NCBI RefSeq assembly: GCF_964204645.1
Contig: NC_134031.1
Span: 3,286,001-3,350,000, forward strand
Direction: 5' to 3'
DNA: 64,000 bases
DNA from: Tubulanus polymorphus
Taxonomy: Eukaryota > Animalia > Nemertea
Positions 44,674 to 54,027 of the stretch are shown piece after piece. How positions within the stretch are numbered: position 1 is the stretch's first letter; each line of letters opens with the position of its first letter. The translations under genes and the position numbers were made by a program. Under the pieces are notes generated by a model. That model searched no databases. It saw only the letters and a program-made list of their open reading frames with translations, and was not told the DNA's origin.

Positions 44674-44863
44674 GTGAGCGTATAGGAAAAACTTAACAGG
44701 CGTTCATACGGCAACACTAGGTCACCGAACATGGTACAGCCGCTGAGTGACGTCATTAAGAAATCCCGCTACATTTGAAGATAGAGAGGAATACTTGTAG
44801 CAGGTGCCCGTGTGACCTAGTGTTGCCGTCTGAACGCCTGTTAAGTTTTTCCTATACGCTCAC
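44674..44863. mobile_element. MITE/foldback with ~50-bp TIRs upstream of the DR1 ATG
   Basis: GTGAGCGTATAGGAAAAACTTAACAGGCGTTCA...TGAACGCCTGTTAAGTTTTTCCTATACGCTCAC. Confidence 0.8.
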
Positions 44864-45727
44864 AGTTCATCACAGTTCAAAATGATAGTGTCTCACAATC
44901 GGATGGAATAATAGGACATATAACTGTAACATCACAAGTAAGTGTCATAAACAAAAGTGTTAACTTGAGATTGAAAAACAACGTTTGTTCAGTATTTTGT
45001 GATGTCGCTCTGTGGTGTGCATGGAGCCAGCGGCCATTATCTTTTTAAACGTATCAGTAGCGAGACGTTTTTTCTCTGATTTATTGCAGAATAACCACTG
45101 AAAACACTGATACACTATCAAAAACTCCAGGAATTGTATCCCAAGCCCGCCGGCAAGTGCTTGTGGTCCCAACAACCACAGCGGTCAAAAATTTAGAAAA
45201 TTTAGTATATTTGCATTTGCATTTCTTAAACGTTTTCATAGGAAAAACGGACGTACACCGATGAAGTAATGTGTAAATACGGCATATCATTTTTAGATAC
45301 ATACATGCCTTCGTCCTCTGCACCTACAATTCCGGCCTCAGCTACTTTTAATCGCTTTTAATCGGAAAAGTTAAATTTTTTGAACCCGGAAGTAAAATAT
45401 AACCCCACGTAGAATGTTGACCGGCAAATTTGGACTAAAGTGTAGTATGTTGATTCAATTCACTTTATTGTTCTTGTATTTGGTGGCAGCACAGTACGGT
45501 CTCTAAGTGAATTTCAGCTGTTACACTTGGGTCAATTATTCAAAACAGCCATATGGCATTTATCACTGGTATCGTACGGAACAGCCATTTATTGGTACGG
45601 GAGCGCCTGGAGACATGATTTGAGAAAAAATAGAAATATTTGTACCAAACGTACAAAATTATCATTTGATTCGAGAGATTGGCCATTGCCCATCGGGACG
45701 TTTCGATAAAAGAAAACGAATCTTTAA

Positions 45728-46777
45728 TCAAAATAAACGTTTCGTTAGAATAGTTTTTACTTCTGCTCGAAATGGTTTTAACATAACGATATACACTACG
45801 AAATTCAGACAGTTGTTCAGGGCGAAAATAAAATAACTCATGTCGTACAAACGACCGAGAAAATTCAATGTCGTTTGATGGATGCAAGCACCCGTTTCCT
45901 TGTATTGGACCTCACAACTATTAGAAATAGCGAAGAACAGCGGCGAAAGTACCGCAACCGGAGTCGTACAAACTAAACACAGCGTACAAATTGTCATTTG
46001 ATTCAAGAGACATCGGTTTTCATCGCTTCTAGTTTGGACTGATTTCGCTTTTCGAATTCCGGTCTTTCTTTGGTGGAACAAACCAGCGATAAGAATTACA
46101 TTGATGACGAGCAATAGCCCCGTTTCTCCGCTAGAACGAACTAACGGACTGTACCAACCTGCCAACCAATTGGGGATCAGTTTTGGGTCGATGTCACAGA
46201 ATTTGAACGGAGAGTCATACGTGATGAACCCGACGGTAAAAAGTAAATCTATATTCAAGAGTATCCCGGCGATTACAACAGATATAAGTATGTATTTGCG
46301 TTTCGACGTTGTAAAATAGTATCTGGCCTTCAGTGGAAACCAGGTAACCAGACAACGTTCGGCAGAGAAAGCAGATAAAGTAAGAAAAGACACAACGACA
46401 AAAGCCCAGCGAAGGAAAAACACAATTTTACAAGCGTTGATTGTCCACGTATTAATTGGAGAATATGCATCGACACGGTGTTTAGTAAAATCGAGTAAGT
46501 AATAGGGCCAATCGCACAAGAAACTACATAAGATGCCCACCGCATCGGCAGCCGACAGGACAAACAGGTATTGCGCCGTGGCTACTTCCGTTCGCTTGAT
46601 CATACGCGGGAAGATGAATACGGCAGCCGTATTACCGAGAATACCGACAGCGTAGAAAGCGGGACCGATGAATGAAAGAACGCCAGTCGGAGTCCAGTTG
46701 AATCGGGAAACGTCTACTCTGTTGTTCGTTGATGGTTGAATAGAAGTGATGCGCACAGACAAATTGAATGTATGCAT
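45728..46777 (-). CDS. Intronless class A (rhodopsin-like) peptide-receptor-like GPCR
   Basis: TM1 GILGN, TM2 LSAAD, TM3 C...SAERCLVTWFPL, TM6 CTTP, TM7 NNCLNFVVY, helix 8 FRAE. First ATG at 46777. Confidence 0.9.
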   Translation of the reverse strand: MHTFNLSVRITSIQPSTNNRVDVSRFNWTPTGVLSFIGPAFYAVGILGNTAAVFIFPRMIKRTEVATAQYLFVLSAADAVGILCSFLCDWPYYLLDFTKHRVDAYSPINTWTINACKIVFFLRWAFVVVSFLTLSAFSAERCLVTWFPLKARYYFTTSKRKYILISVVIAGILLNIDLLFTVGFITYDSPFKFCDIDPKLIPNWLAGWYSPLVRSSGETGLLLVINVILIAGLFHQRKTGIRKAKSVQTRSDENRCLLNQMTICTLCLVCTTPVAVLSPLFFAISNSCEVQYKETGACIHQTTLNFLGRLYDMSYFIFALNNCLNFVVYIVMLKPFRAEVKTILTKRLF

Positions 46778-47270
46778 CTTCAAGTAAAAATCAATAAACT
46801 CCAAGTGAATCTCTGAACAACATTGGCTCAGTTATAATTATGTAATGACTATTTATTAAGGATGTATTTGCAGTTGTGTATATAGGTTGCGAACGTCATT
46901 GATTTTATCATCATTTATTTATAAACTAAAACACTTTTTCGTAGATATTTTCATAGTGTGATAAATGTTTGATACAATTTGCGTACCACAATGCATATCA
47001 GCAGTTGAGGGAAAGAACATGAAATACTTCCGGGTAATACTTCCGGTGTCGCGATGTTCGCTCGCGTTTCAAAAATTCTACGTTAAAATTGGTCGAAAAT
47101 CCGAGTCTCAACTTTATTCCGTTAGCGGATTTGTATCTCACCTACTTGTTGGTACTTTCTCGTTGTGCGCAGTGCGTATTTCGTCTGCCTTGTTGGCCGG
47201 TTTATGATATATTATTACTTTCTTGGATCCTTGCTGCTCGAGCAATAACGAGTCAACGAAACAAAACAAA

Positions 47271-49301
47271 ATGGCGCCGAAACTCTACTTCTTCGCCGTC
47301 GCCGTCGGCCGTCGTGTTGGCATCTTTACGGACTGGTACATTTGTGAAGAGAGCGTCTCAGGTTACTCAGGTAGTACCCACAAAAAGTTTAATTGTATTA
47401 ACCTTGCGTGTTCCTTCCTGAACGACGCCGGTCTCTGCACCAAGGATATTTTAGTGCATGAGGCTGACACGATCGGCGCCGTCAAGTCGGTAAGTGTTTC
47501 GGACTTCTGTTACTCCCGTAATATGCAGCCACCTATGACTCACATCACTCCTGCCGAGGCTGTACCGTTACCGAGCTCCTGTGACGATGATCTAGACAGT
47601 GCCTGTGAAAATGGTCCGGTCAGTATCTGTGAACCGGTCTCTCAGCAACTGGAAAACCCACTCGCCTGTTTTTGCGGGAAGCCTGATACTGAGCTGATGA
47701 TCGGTTGCCACTACTGTAAATGTTGGATCCATTTCTCCTGTTCAAAACTTCCAGTGTACCAGCTGTTTTTACTTTGTAACACTACGCGTAAGTTCCAGTG
47801 CGAGCTGTGTACACAGGTTGACCCTGACTTCCAAACTGGCGATCTGAGTTCTGCCGGTGTGCCTCGATGTGACGTTGCTGTCCAGTCCGTACCTGTCTCC
47901 GTTTCCCAGGGTACATCACCTGAGGTTGTACTGGGCTCCCCCGTGAACCAGGAGTCCTCACACCCGTTGCAAGATATGATTCGTGACTTGGAGTCGCGCT
48001 TTGTGGATAAACTGTTAAACGCGTCTAGTGAGAACGAATCTCTAAAGCGAAAATTCCTGGACTCCGAGCTGTCCGCTGCCAACAAGCGTATTAAAGAACT
48101 ATCAACCGCCTTGCGCTCCTCGAATGATAAATGCGAGGCTCTCGAGAGCCGCCTCATTGGTCTCTGTGACAAACTTTTGTCTATGCCGTTCGATCGTTCA
48201 ACTTGCGACCAGTGTGCTCTGCTGAATTCCCGCTGCGCTGACCTGGAACACAGTCTGAATAAAGCTAACTCCTTGAGTGACAGTGCCATTGCTGAATCGG
48301 CCATGTTAAAGCTTTCTCTTGGCTCGAGCCAAGAGGAGCTCACAACTGCGAGGTCCGACCTCCTGCGTAGGAATGAACGTATTGAGTCCCTAGAAAAGGA
48401 CCTGCGGGATGCTACTGCTAAAATCGGTTCGCTTAAGGATGAGGTTCTCTCGCTCAAGACCTCCCTACATGCTAATTCGGATCCGCGCCCGTTTGTATCA
48501 GCAAACCCAGTGAACGGTGTTCCGCGTAGAGGTGTTGATGTCCTGGTTGTGGGAAACTCTCACACCAAACCGCTTAACTCGTCTCGTCTCTTCCCGCAGA
48601 TGAGGACTCAAATCAAATCGCTTGCCGACAAGACCATCAGTGGTGCGTTCGATTTCGTGAAAAACTATCCGCAGGATGACAACATCCAGTCGATTATTTT
48701 ACATGTATGTGATAACACCCTTGCGTCCCATACCGTCGAGGAGACTTCTACACAACTAAAAGACCTCGTCGTCTTATGTGCTTCTACCTTTCCGCATGCG
48801 AAGATTTACGCGGTGCATGTGTTGCCTCGCTGCCTCACTTCCAGCCAGCAAACCGAAGCCTACATGAAGAAGGTTGATCTATTCAACGCGAATATTTCTA
48901 ACCTAGGCTGTTCCGCCATCACTCTGCCGCCCGAACTTAGCGCGATTTCTGATGAATTCTTCTGTAGTGACCGCATCCACCTGAACCGCAAAGGTGTCTG
49001 GTCCCTAGTTAACCGCTACCGTGTTTCGATTATGGGTTCAACGTTGAACTCTCGTCCAACTGATCATCCTACTGATGCCGCTCATACGTTCCAGCCCAGA
49101 AACCGACCTACTTCAACATCCTCTCGTAATCCTGATCGACGCGCTCCAAATCCGGTTTTTAACAAGCGCTCATTCAATTATCGCTCGAACCCGGTCCGTA
49201 ACGGTACTGGTAACTTCAGTAACAACTACAGTTCGTTCTCTGGTGAAATCGTTCACCAGCTCGGAAATTTGCTGCAATCTGTTTTCAGGGACCGTCGCTA
49301 G
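47271..49301 (+). CDS. LINE ORF1: RNase H1 N-terminal-type hybrid-binding domain, PHD finger, coiled coil, SGNH esterase
   Basis: FFAVAVGRRVGIFTDWYICEESVSGYSGSTHKKF; CFC...CHYCKCWIHFSC...CELC; long heptad region; VLVVGNSH...LHVCDN...DRIHLN. Confidence 0.85.
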   Translation: MAPKLYFFAVAVGRRVGIFTDWYICEESVSGYSGSTHKKFNCINLACSFLNDAGLCTKDILVHEADTIGAVKSVSVSDFCYSRNMQPPMTHITPAEAVPLPSSCDDDLDSACENGPVSICEPVSQQLENPLACFCGKPDTELMIGCHYCKCWIHFSCSKLPVYQLFLLCNTTRKFQCELCTQVDPDFQTGDLSSAGVPRCDVAVQSVPVSVSQGTSPEVVLGSPVNQESSHPLQDMIRDLESRFVDKLLNASSENESLKRKFLDSELSAANKRIKELSTALRSSNDKCEALESRLIGLCDKLLSMPFDRSTCDQCALLNSRCADLEHSLNKANSLSDSAIAESAMLKLSLGSSQEELTTARSDLLRRNERIESLEKDLRDATAKIGSLKDEVLSLKTSLHANSDPRPFVSANPVNGVPRRGVDVLVVGNSHTKPLNSSRLFPQMRTQIKSLADKTISGAFDFVKNYPQDDNIQSIILHVCDNTLASHTVEETSTQLKDLVVLCASTFPHAKIYAVHVLPRCLTSSQQTEAYMKKVDLFNANISNLGCSAITLPPELSAISDEFFCSDRIHLNRKGVWSLVNRYRVSIMGSTLNSRPTDHPTDAAHTFQPRNRPTSTSSRNPDRRAPNPVFNKRSFNYRSNPVRNGTGNFSNNYSSFSGEIVHQLGNLLQSVFRDRR

Positions 49302-49501
49302 GCTCTTTTCGTGGTGCTCCCTACGTGTAGTATTCAACTTATTTTCAGTTACTTAAATCCTGTTACTCATTACTAGTTTGTATATCCTTTCGCGTTATTT
49401 TATCTGTTCTATTGATATTGTGTGCTTTTATCCTATTCTAGCTTTTGTGTATAATTGGTGTGTTCTCGGATTTTCCTCCTCTTATTTGGTCTCATTTATT
49501 C

Positions 49502-52500
49502 ATGTCACCCTCGAAATTTCTTAGCAGAATTAGTTGTGGTTTTTGGAATGTTGATGGCCTCCACAGCAGAATTGCTGGCCATCGCACATGTAAACTATCA
49601 AATGTTGATATTCAAAGTATTATCTGTAAATACGATATTTTTGGGCTTGTGGAGACACACTGTTCAAAAGATGATATTCTAGACTTTGAGGGCTACAAAA
49701 TTTTCCAAAACATCCGTCCGCGAAGTAAAAACGCCTCCCGCAATTATGGTGGTACTGCTATTCTTATCAAAGACGAGATTAAGGAAGGGGTCAAGGTCCT
49801 CCCCGTCACTTCGAGTGAACTGTTATGGGTTCGGCTCTGTAAATCCTTTTTCAATCTAGAATATGATATCTTTTTAGCTGTGGTCTACATAAGCCCCCTT
49901 TCTTCCACGGCTTCTAAACTGGGTGACGATATTTTTGATCTCTTAGAAAGTGATCTAGCATTTTATTCGGCCAAGGGTCATTGTCTCCTCTTAGGCGATT
50001 TTAATGCCAAAACGGCTACCTACCCTGACTACTGTAGTGATATCCCTAACAACACTGATATCTCTGACTACATTGACCCGCTAGCTGATCAGGTTTTGCG
50101 TAGATACAATTCGGACAACCACCCTATTGATGCCCATGGTAAAAATCTGCTTAATCTGTGTAAAAACTCTAGCCTCCGTATATTAAATGGCCGTTGCCTG
50201 GGTGATACCTTAGGCTCCTTCACCTGTTACAGCCACTCTGGTTCTCCCAGTGTCATCGATTACTCTATCTGCTCGGTTGATATGTTGCCAATCATTGACC
50301 TGTTTCACGTAGACTCCCCCAACCTATACTCCATCCATTGTGTACTATCCACTGTTATCTCTGCGCGTTTTAGTGTCGAGCGTTCGGTTCCCTCCTCTAC
50401 TGACTCGCATCAAAATTCGTCTGTGAAGGTTATTTGGAACCGTGGTGACGATACGAAATTCATGGCTGCGCTCGCTTCCCATGACGTTTCGAAGGACATC
50501 TCATCTCTAACCAACAGTCAAGCTGACGTCAATAATAATGTCACCGATCTCTGTTCTATTTTTGATAAAGCCTGTCTGAAAGCTGGCATTAAGCGTAAAC
50601 GTCCTAACCAAGCTAAAGCGAGACCTCCACACCTCACTAGTCGTTCTAACAAATGGTTTGACTCTGAATGCTCCGCTCTCAAGAAAGAGATCCTGTCCCT
50701 TGCTCCTTGTCTTCGTAAACACCCTTATGACCACCGTTTGCTCTGTAGATTCCGTTTGTTGAAGAAGAAGTATAAAACCCTCCTAAATCGCAAAAAGTCG
50801 TCTTATAAAAACCTCATTCTCTCTCAGATGGAGCTACTCCGTTCCAAAGACCCCAGAGAATACTGGAATTTATTTGATAACCTAAGAAACATTGACAAAC
50901 CCTCGTTTAAGTCTAATATAAGTTTAGCCCAGTGGTCAAGTCACTTCACTAGTCTCCTTAATACCTCTCTTGGCAACATTCATCCTCTCTCCGAAAATAG
51001 AATTGAATCCATACTAGCCTGCCATAATCATTCTACGTCGCCCCTGAACCACGAGATTTCCTTCAATGAAATCTCCTCTGCTATCTCAAAACTCAGGTGT
51101 GGCAAAGCCCATGGCACTGATAATATATGTAACGAAATGATTAAGGCTGGCCATAGCCTATTGCTCCCTGTACTCCATAAAATCTTTAACCAAATTCTGT
51201 CGACCAGTGTTTTTCCTGACCCCTGGCGCTGTAATATCCTTCACCCTGTTTTCAAAAAGGGGGACAGAAATCTTTGTTCTAATTATCGGGGTATTGCTGT
51301 CAGTAGCAATCTATGTAAACTTTTTTGTAGTGTTCTCCATCAACGCCTTTATGACTTTTCACTTACCAACCATCTCATCCCTCAGTGCCAAATTGGTTTC
51401 CAGAAAGGTATGCGCACTGCCGACCACATATTAACCCTTAAAACAATCATTGACAAATATATCAAAAAACTCTCTAAACAAAAACTCTACTGCTGCTTTG
51501 TCGACTTCCGGTCTGCTTTTGACTCCATCCAACGTACTGCCCTTCTATCTAAATTGTCTCAACTGGGCATAGGTGGTAAATTTCTATCTGTTATTGAAAA
51601 TATTTATTCTGATGTGAAATATGTAGTAAAAAGCAACGGTGATTTTAGCTCTGTCATCGGTTCCAATGTTGGTGTCAAACAAGGTTGTGTACTAAGTCCT
51701 ATCCTGTTTAATTTATTTATAAGTGATCTTCCCCTTATCTTTGACGAATGTGACCCGGTTTCCTTACATGATGTAGATATAAACTGCTTACTTTATGCCG
51801 ACGACCTTGTCATTATTAGCAAATCCCACTCTGGTTTACAGTGTGCCCTTAATAAACTGGCCCTTTATTGTAATATGTGGGGTCTATCTGTTAACCTTGC
51901 CAAAACTAAAATAATTATATTCAATAAGGGGGGTCGGATCATCAGCAAACTTTCTTTCTTCTATTCAGGCTCTCCAATTGAAATTGTCAACAGCTATTGC
52001 TATCTAGGTATCACGTTCACTCCTTCTGGTAAATTTAATAATGCATGTGACCTCCTGCTTGAACGTGCTTCTAAGGCCCTATTTAAATTAAAAACTATTA
52101 ATATCAGGGATTGTGTCTCTACTGCATATTTTCTCTTTAACAGCCTTATCCGTCCCATTATCGGTTATTGTACTGAGGTCTGGTGTTCCTTCTTTGTTTC
52201 CAAGCTGGAACCTTCTAATTTTTATAACACCTGTAACTCTCTGCCCTGCGAAAAGCTTTATCTGAACTTTGGCAAATACTTACTTGGTGTCAACAAAAGG
52301 TCCGTTAATGCGGCTGTTCGCGGCGACTTAGGCCAGTACCCCTTGCTTATATCATTTATTCCCCTGATGGTTAAATTTTGGTTTCGTCTTTGTAAATTGA
52401 ATCCCGCCTCATTAGTGTATAAATCCTATCTGGACTGTGTGCAAAGTATGGACACACTCCCAAATTGGTGTTCTGGAATTTTTTCAATACTAAAATCATT

Positions 52501-53047
52501 TGACCTTCATGGTGTTTGGTCTAATCATGGCTCCAACCACCCCAATAAAATTATCAAGCTGCTCCAGTCTAAAATGTATCTCTTTTATTCTTCTTCGTGG
52601 CTATTTCAAATAAACGACAGTAATTCCAACCCCAAATTAAGGACTTATAAACTTTTTAAAAAACGCTTTGAACTAGAAAAATATATTATTTCGAACTCTT
52701 TCCTTAAAAGACGCGAATTTTCCAAACTGCGTCTCGGTTCCCATCGGCTTAGAATCGAGACGGGGCGTCACTGTCGTCCATTTTTACCAGCCAATGAGAG
52801 ATTTTGCCTCTACTGTACTGTAAATAAAGTCGTTGAGGACGAATCCCACTTTTTACTCGAGTGTCCCTCGCTTCATCCTGCCAGAGTCTCCATTTTATCC
52901 TCACTTGTATGTTTCACAGAGTTTGAGTCTTTTTGTGTTTTCGATAAATTCCTATTTTTGATGTCCTATAACAACGGAGACTATGAAATTGCCAGCCTTA
53001 TGTGTAACCTAGTTAACTCTTTATTTGCCCTCCGTTCAACACTTTGA
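49502..53047 (+). CDS. LINE ORF2: apurinic-like endonuclease + reverse transcriptase + C-terminal zinc-knuckle-like motif
   Basis: WNVDGL, GLVETH, GDFNA, SVIDY; NYRGI, QIGF, FVDFRSAFDS, GVKQGCVLSP, YADD, YCYLG. Confidence 0.95.
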   Translation: MSPSKFLSRISCGFWNVDGLHSRIAGHRTCKLSNVDIQSIICKYDIFGLVETHCSKDDILDFEGYKIFQNIRPRSKNASRNYGGTAILIKDEIKEGVKVLPVTSSELLWVRLCKSFFNLEYDIFLAVVYISPLSSTASKLGDDIFDLLESDLAFYSAKGHCLLLGDFNAKTATYPDYCSDIPNNTDISDYIDPLADQVLRRYNSDNHPIDAHGKNLLNLCKNSSLRILNGRCLGDTLGSFTCYSHSGSPSVIDYSICSVDMLPIIDLFHVDSPNLYSIHCVLSTVISARFSVERSVPSSTDSHQNSSVKVIWNRGDDTKFMAALASHDVSKDISSLTNSQADVNNNVTDLCSIFDKACLKAGIKRKRPNQAKARPPHLTSRSNKWFDSECSALKKEILSLAPCLRKHPYDHRLLCRFRLLKKKYKTLLNRKKSSYKNLILSQMELLRSKDPREYWNLFDNLRNIDKPSFKSNISLAQWSSHFTSLLNTSLGNIHPLSENRIESILACHNHSTSPLNHEISFNEISSAISKLRCGKAHGTDNICNEMIKAGHSLLLPVLHKIFNQILSTSVFPDPWRCNILHPVFKKGDRNLCSNYRGIAVSSNLCKLFCSVLHQRLYDFSLTNHLIPQCQIGFQKGMRTADHILTLKTIIDKYIKKLSKQKLYCCFVDFRSAFDSIQRTALLSKLSQLGIGGKFLSVIENIYSDVKYVVKSNGDFSSVIGSNVGVKQGCVLSPILFNLFISDLPLIFDECDPVSLHDVDINCLLYADDLVIISKSHSGLQCALNKLALYCNMWGLSVNLAKTKIIIFNKGGRIISKLSFFYSGSPIEIVNSYCYLGITFTPSGKFNNACDLLLERASKALFKLKTINIRDCVSTAYFLFNSLIRPIIGYCTEVWCSFFVSKLEPSNFYNTCNSLPCEKLYLNFGKYLLGVNKRSVNAAVRGDLGQYPLLISFIPLMVKFWFRLCKLNPASLVYKSYLDCVQSMDTLPNWCSGIFSILKSFDLHGVWSNHGSNHPNKIIKLLQSKMYLFYSSSWLFQINDSNSNPKLRTYKLFKKRFELEKYIISNSFLKRREFSKLRLGSHRLRIETGRHCRPFLPANERFCLYCTVNKVVEDESHFLLECPSLHPARVSILSSLVCFTEFESFCVFDKFLFLMSYNNGDYEIASLMCNLVNSLFALRSTL

Positions 53048-54027
53048 TTCTTTTATATTATATTCACTTGATTGTATCGCCACCTAGTTTCCTTGCTGTA
53101 ATATTATATTTTGTTTTACGTTTAACATATTTTATTTGTAAATATTCTCTATTCCTATGTTATCCATTATAAAAGCGATTTTAAATGTATGTCCACTCTT
53201 GTACTGTTTTCCCTGTGTCTTGATGTTAATATTTTATTGCTTGTCATTTCCTATGTAACTTGTGTATTATATGGAGCAATAAAATGAAAGTTCAAGTTCA
53301 AGTTCAAGTTCATGAAAATGAAATGTGTTACACTCCATTTTGGCCTGACACTATGCCAAAACTACCCAAATGAGAGAGTCTTTGCCTGGGCATTTCATGG
53401 CAATCTCAAAATTAGCAAGAACATTTAATCATAATCTGTGATATACTCTCACTAGTTGCTATAAAACTGTAAGATTCAATTGATAAATTGTTTGAAATAA
53501 AAATGTTCATCATGGCATTAGGTTCTTCTCGCATTCCTAAATTAAAATTCACAACCGAACTGCCGTTTTGAGAACAATACACGTGTATTAGGTCTATTCC
53601 GTATGACAAGCATGGTTACTTGGCATACTCAGAGGTGATAATTTCTTATGGATTCAGAGATAAATAATTAACGGTCCGGCTCCCGGCCCGACAGTTTAGT
53701 TTTGATATAGGGATCGCTCCCGCCTTGGTGTGATATTTTCGGAGCTACCCTCTATGGTACCAAAAAAGTATAACTTTTCTCGGCTCCAGTGTTCTTTATG
53801 TTTTTATCTTTAAAAACTATTGGTTCACTTTACTATTATTTTTTCAAATCATATGTTAATGATGTTTACTAAGTTGTACATAACATGAAAATTACACACA
53901 ATAAAAAGTAAATTGAATTGAATGGTAAAGAGTCCGGGGAAAACCCAAAAAACTTCCGGGTTGTGATATTTTGTAATCAATGTCGTTGTGTTTTTCGGTC
54001 CTATATTAATTAGTTTAACGAACAATA

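Larger units (their letters stand above)
47025..53312 (+). mobile_element. Full-length non-LTR retrotransposon, RTEX-like, with two intact ORFs and (AAGTTC)n tail
   Basis: 5'UTR begins with tandem ACTTCCGG. ORF1 and ORF2 are uninterrupted. The 3'UTR ends with AATAAA followed by (AAGTTC)4. Candidate TSD CATGAAA (47018-47024 / 53311-53317) overlaps the tail, so boundaries are approximate. The clade is inferred from the ORF2 C-terminal IETGRH...C..C....EDE.HFLLECP motif and the ORF1 esterase. Confidence 0.9.

Noticed and set aside
47711-48457. 248-aa antisense ORF within LINE ORF1 (and similar antisense ORFs over ACK, VPS9, MCEE and GPCR exons)
   Set aside because: Shadow ORFs of coding strands with biased codon use; no domain features.
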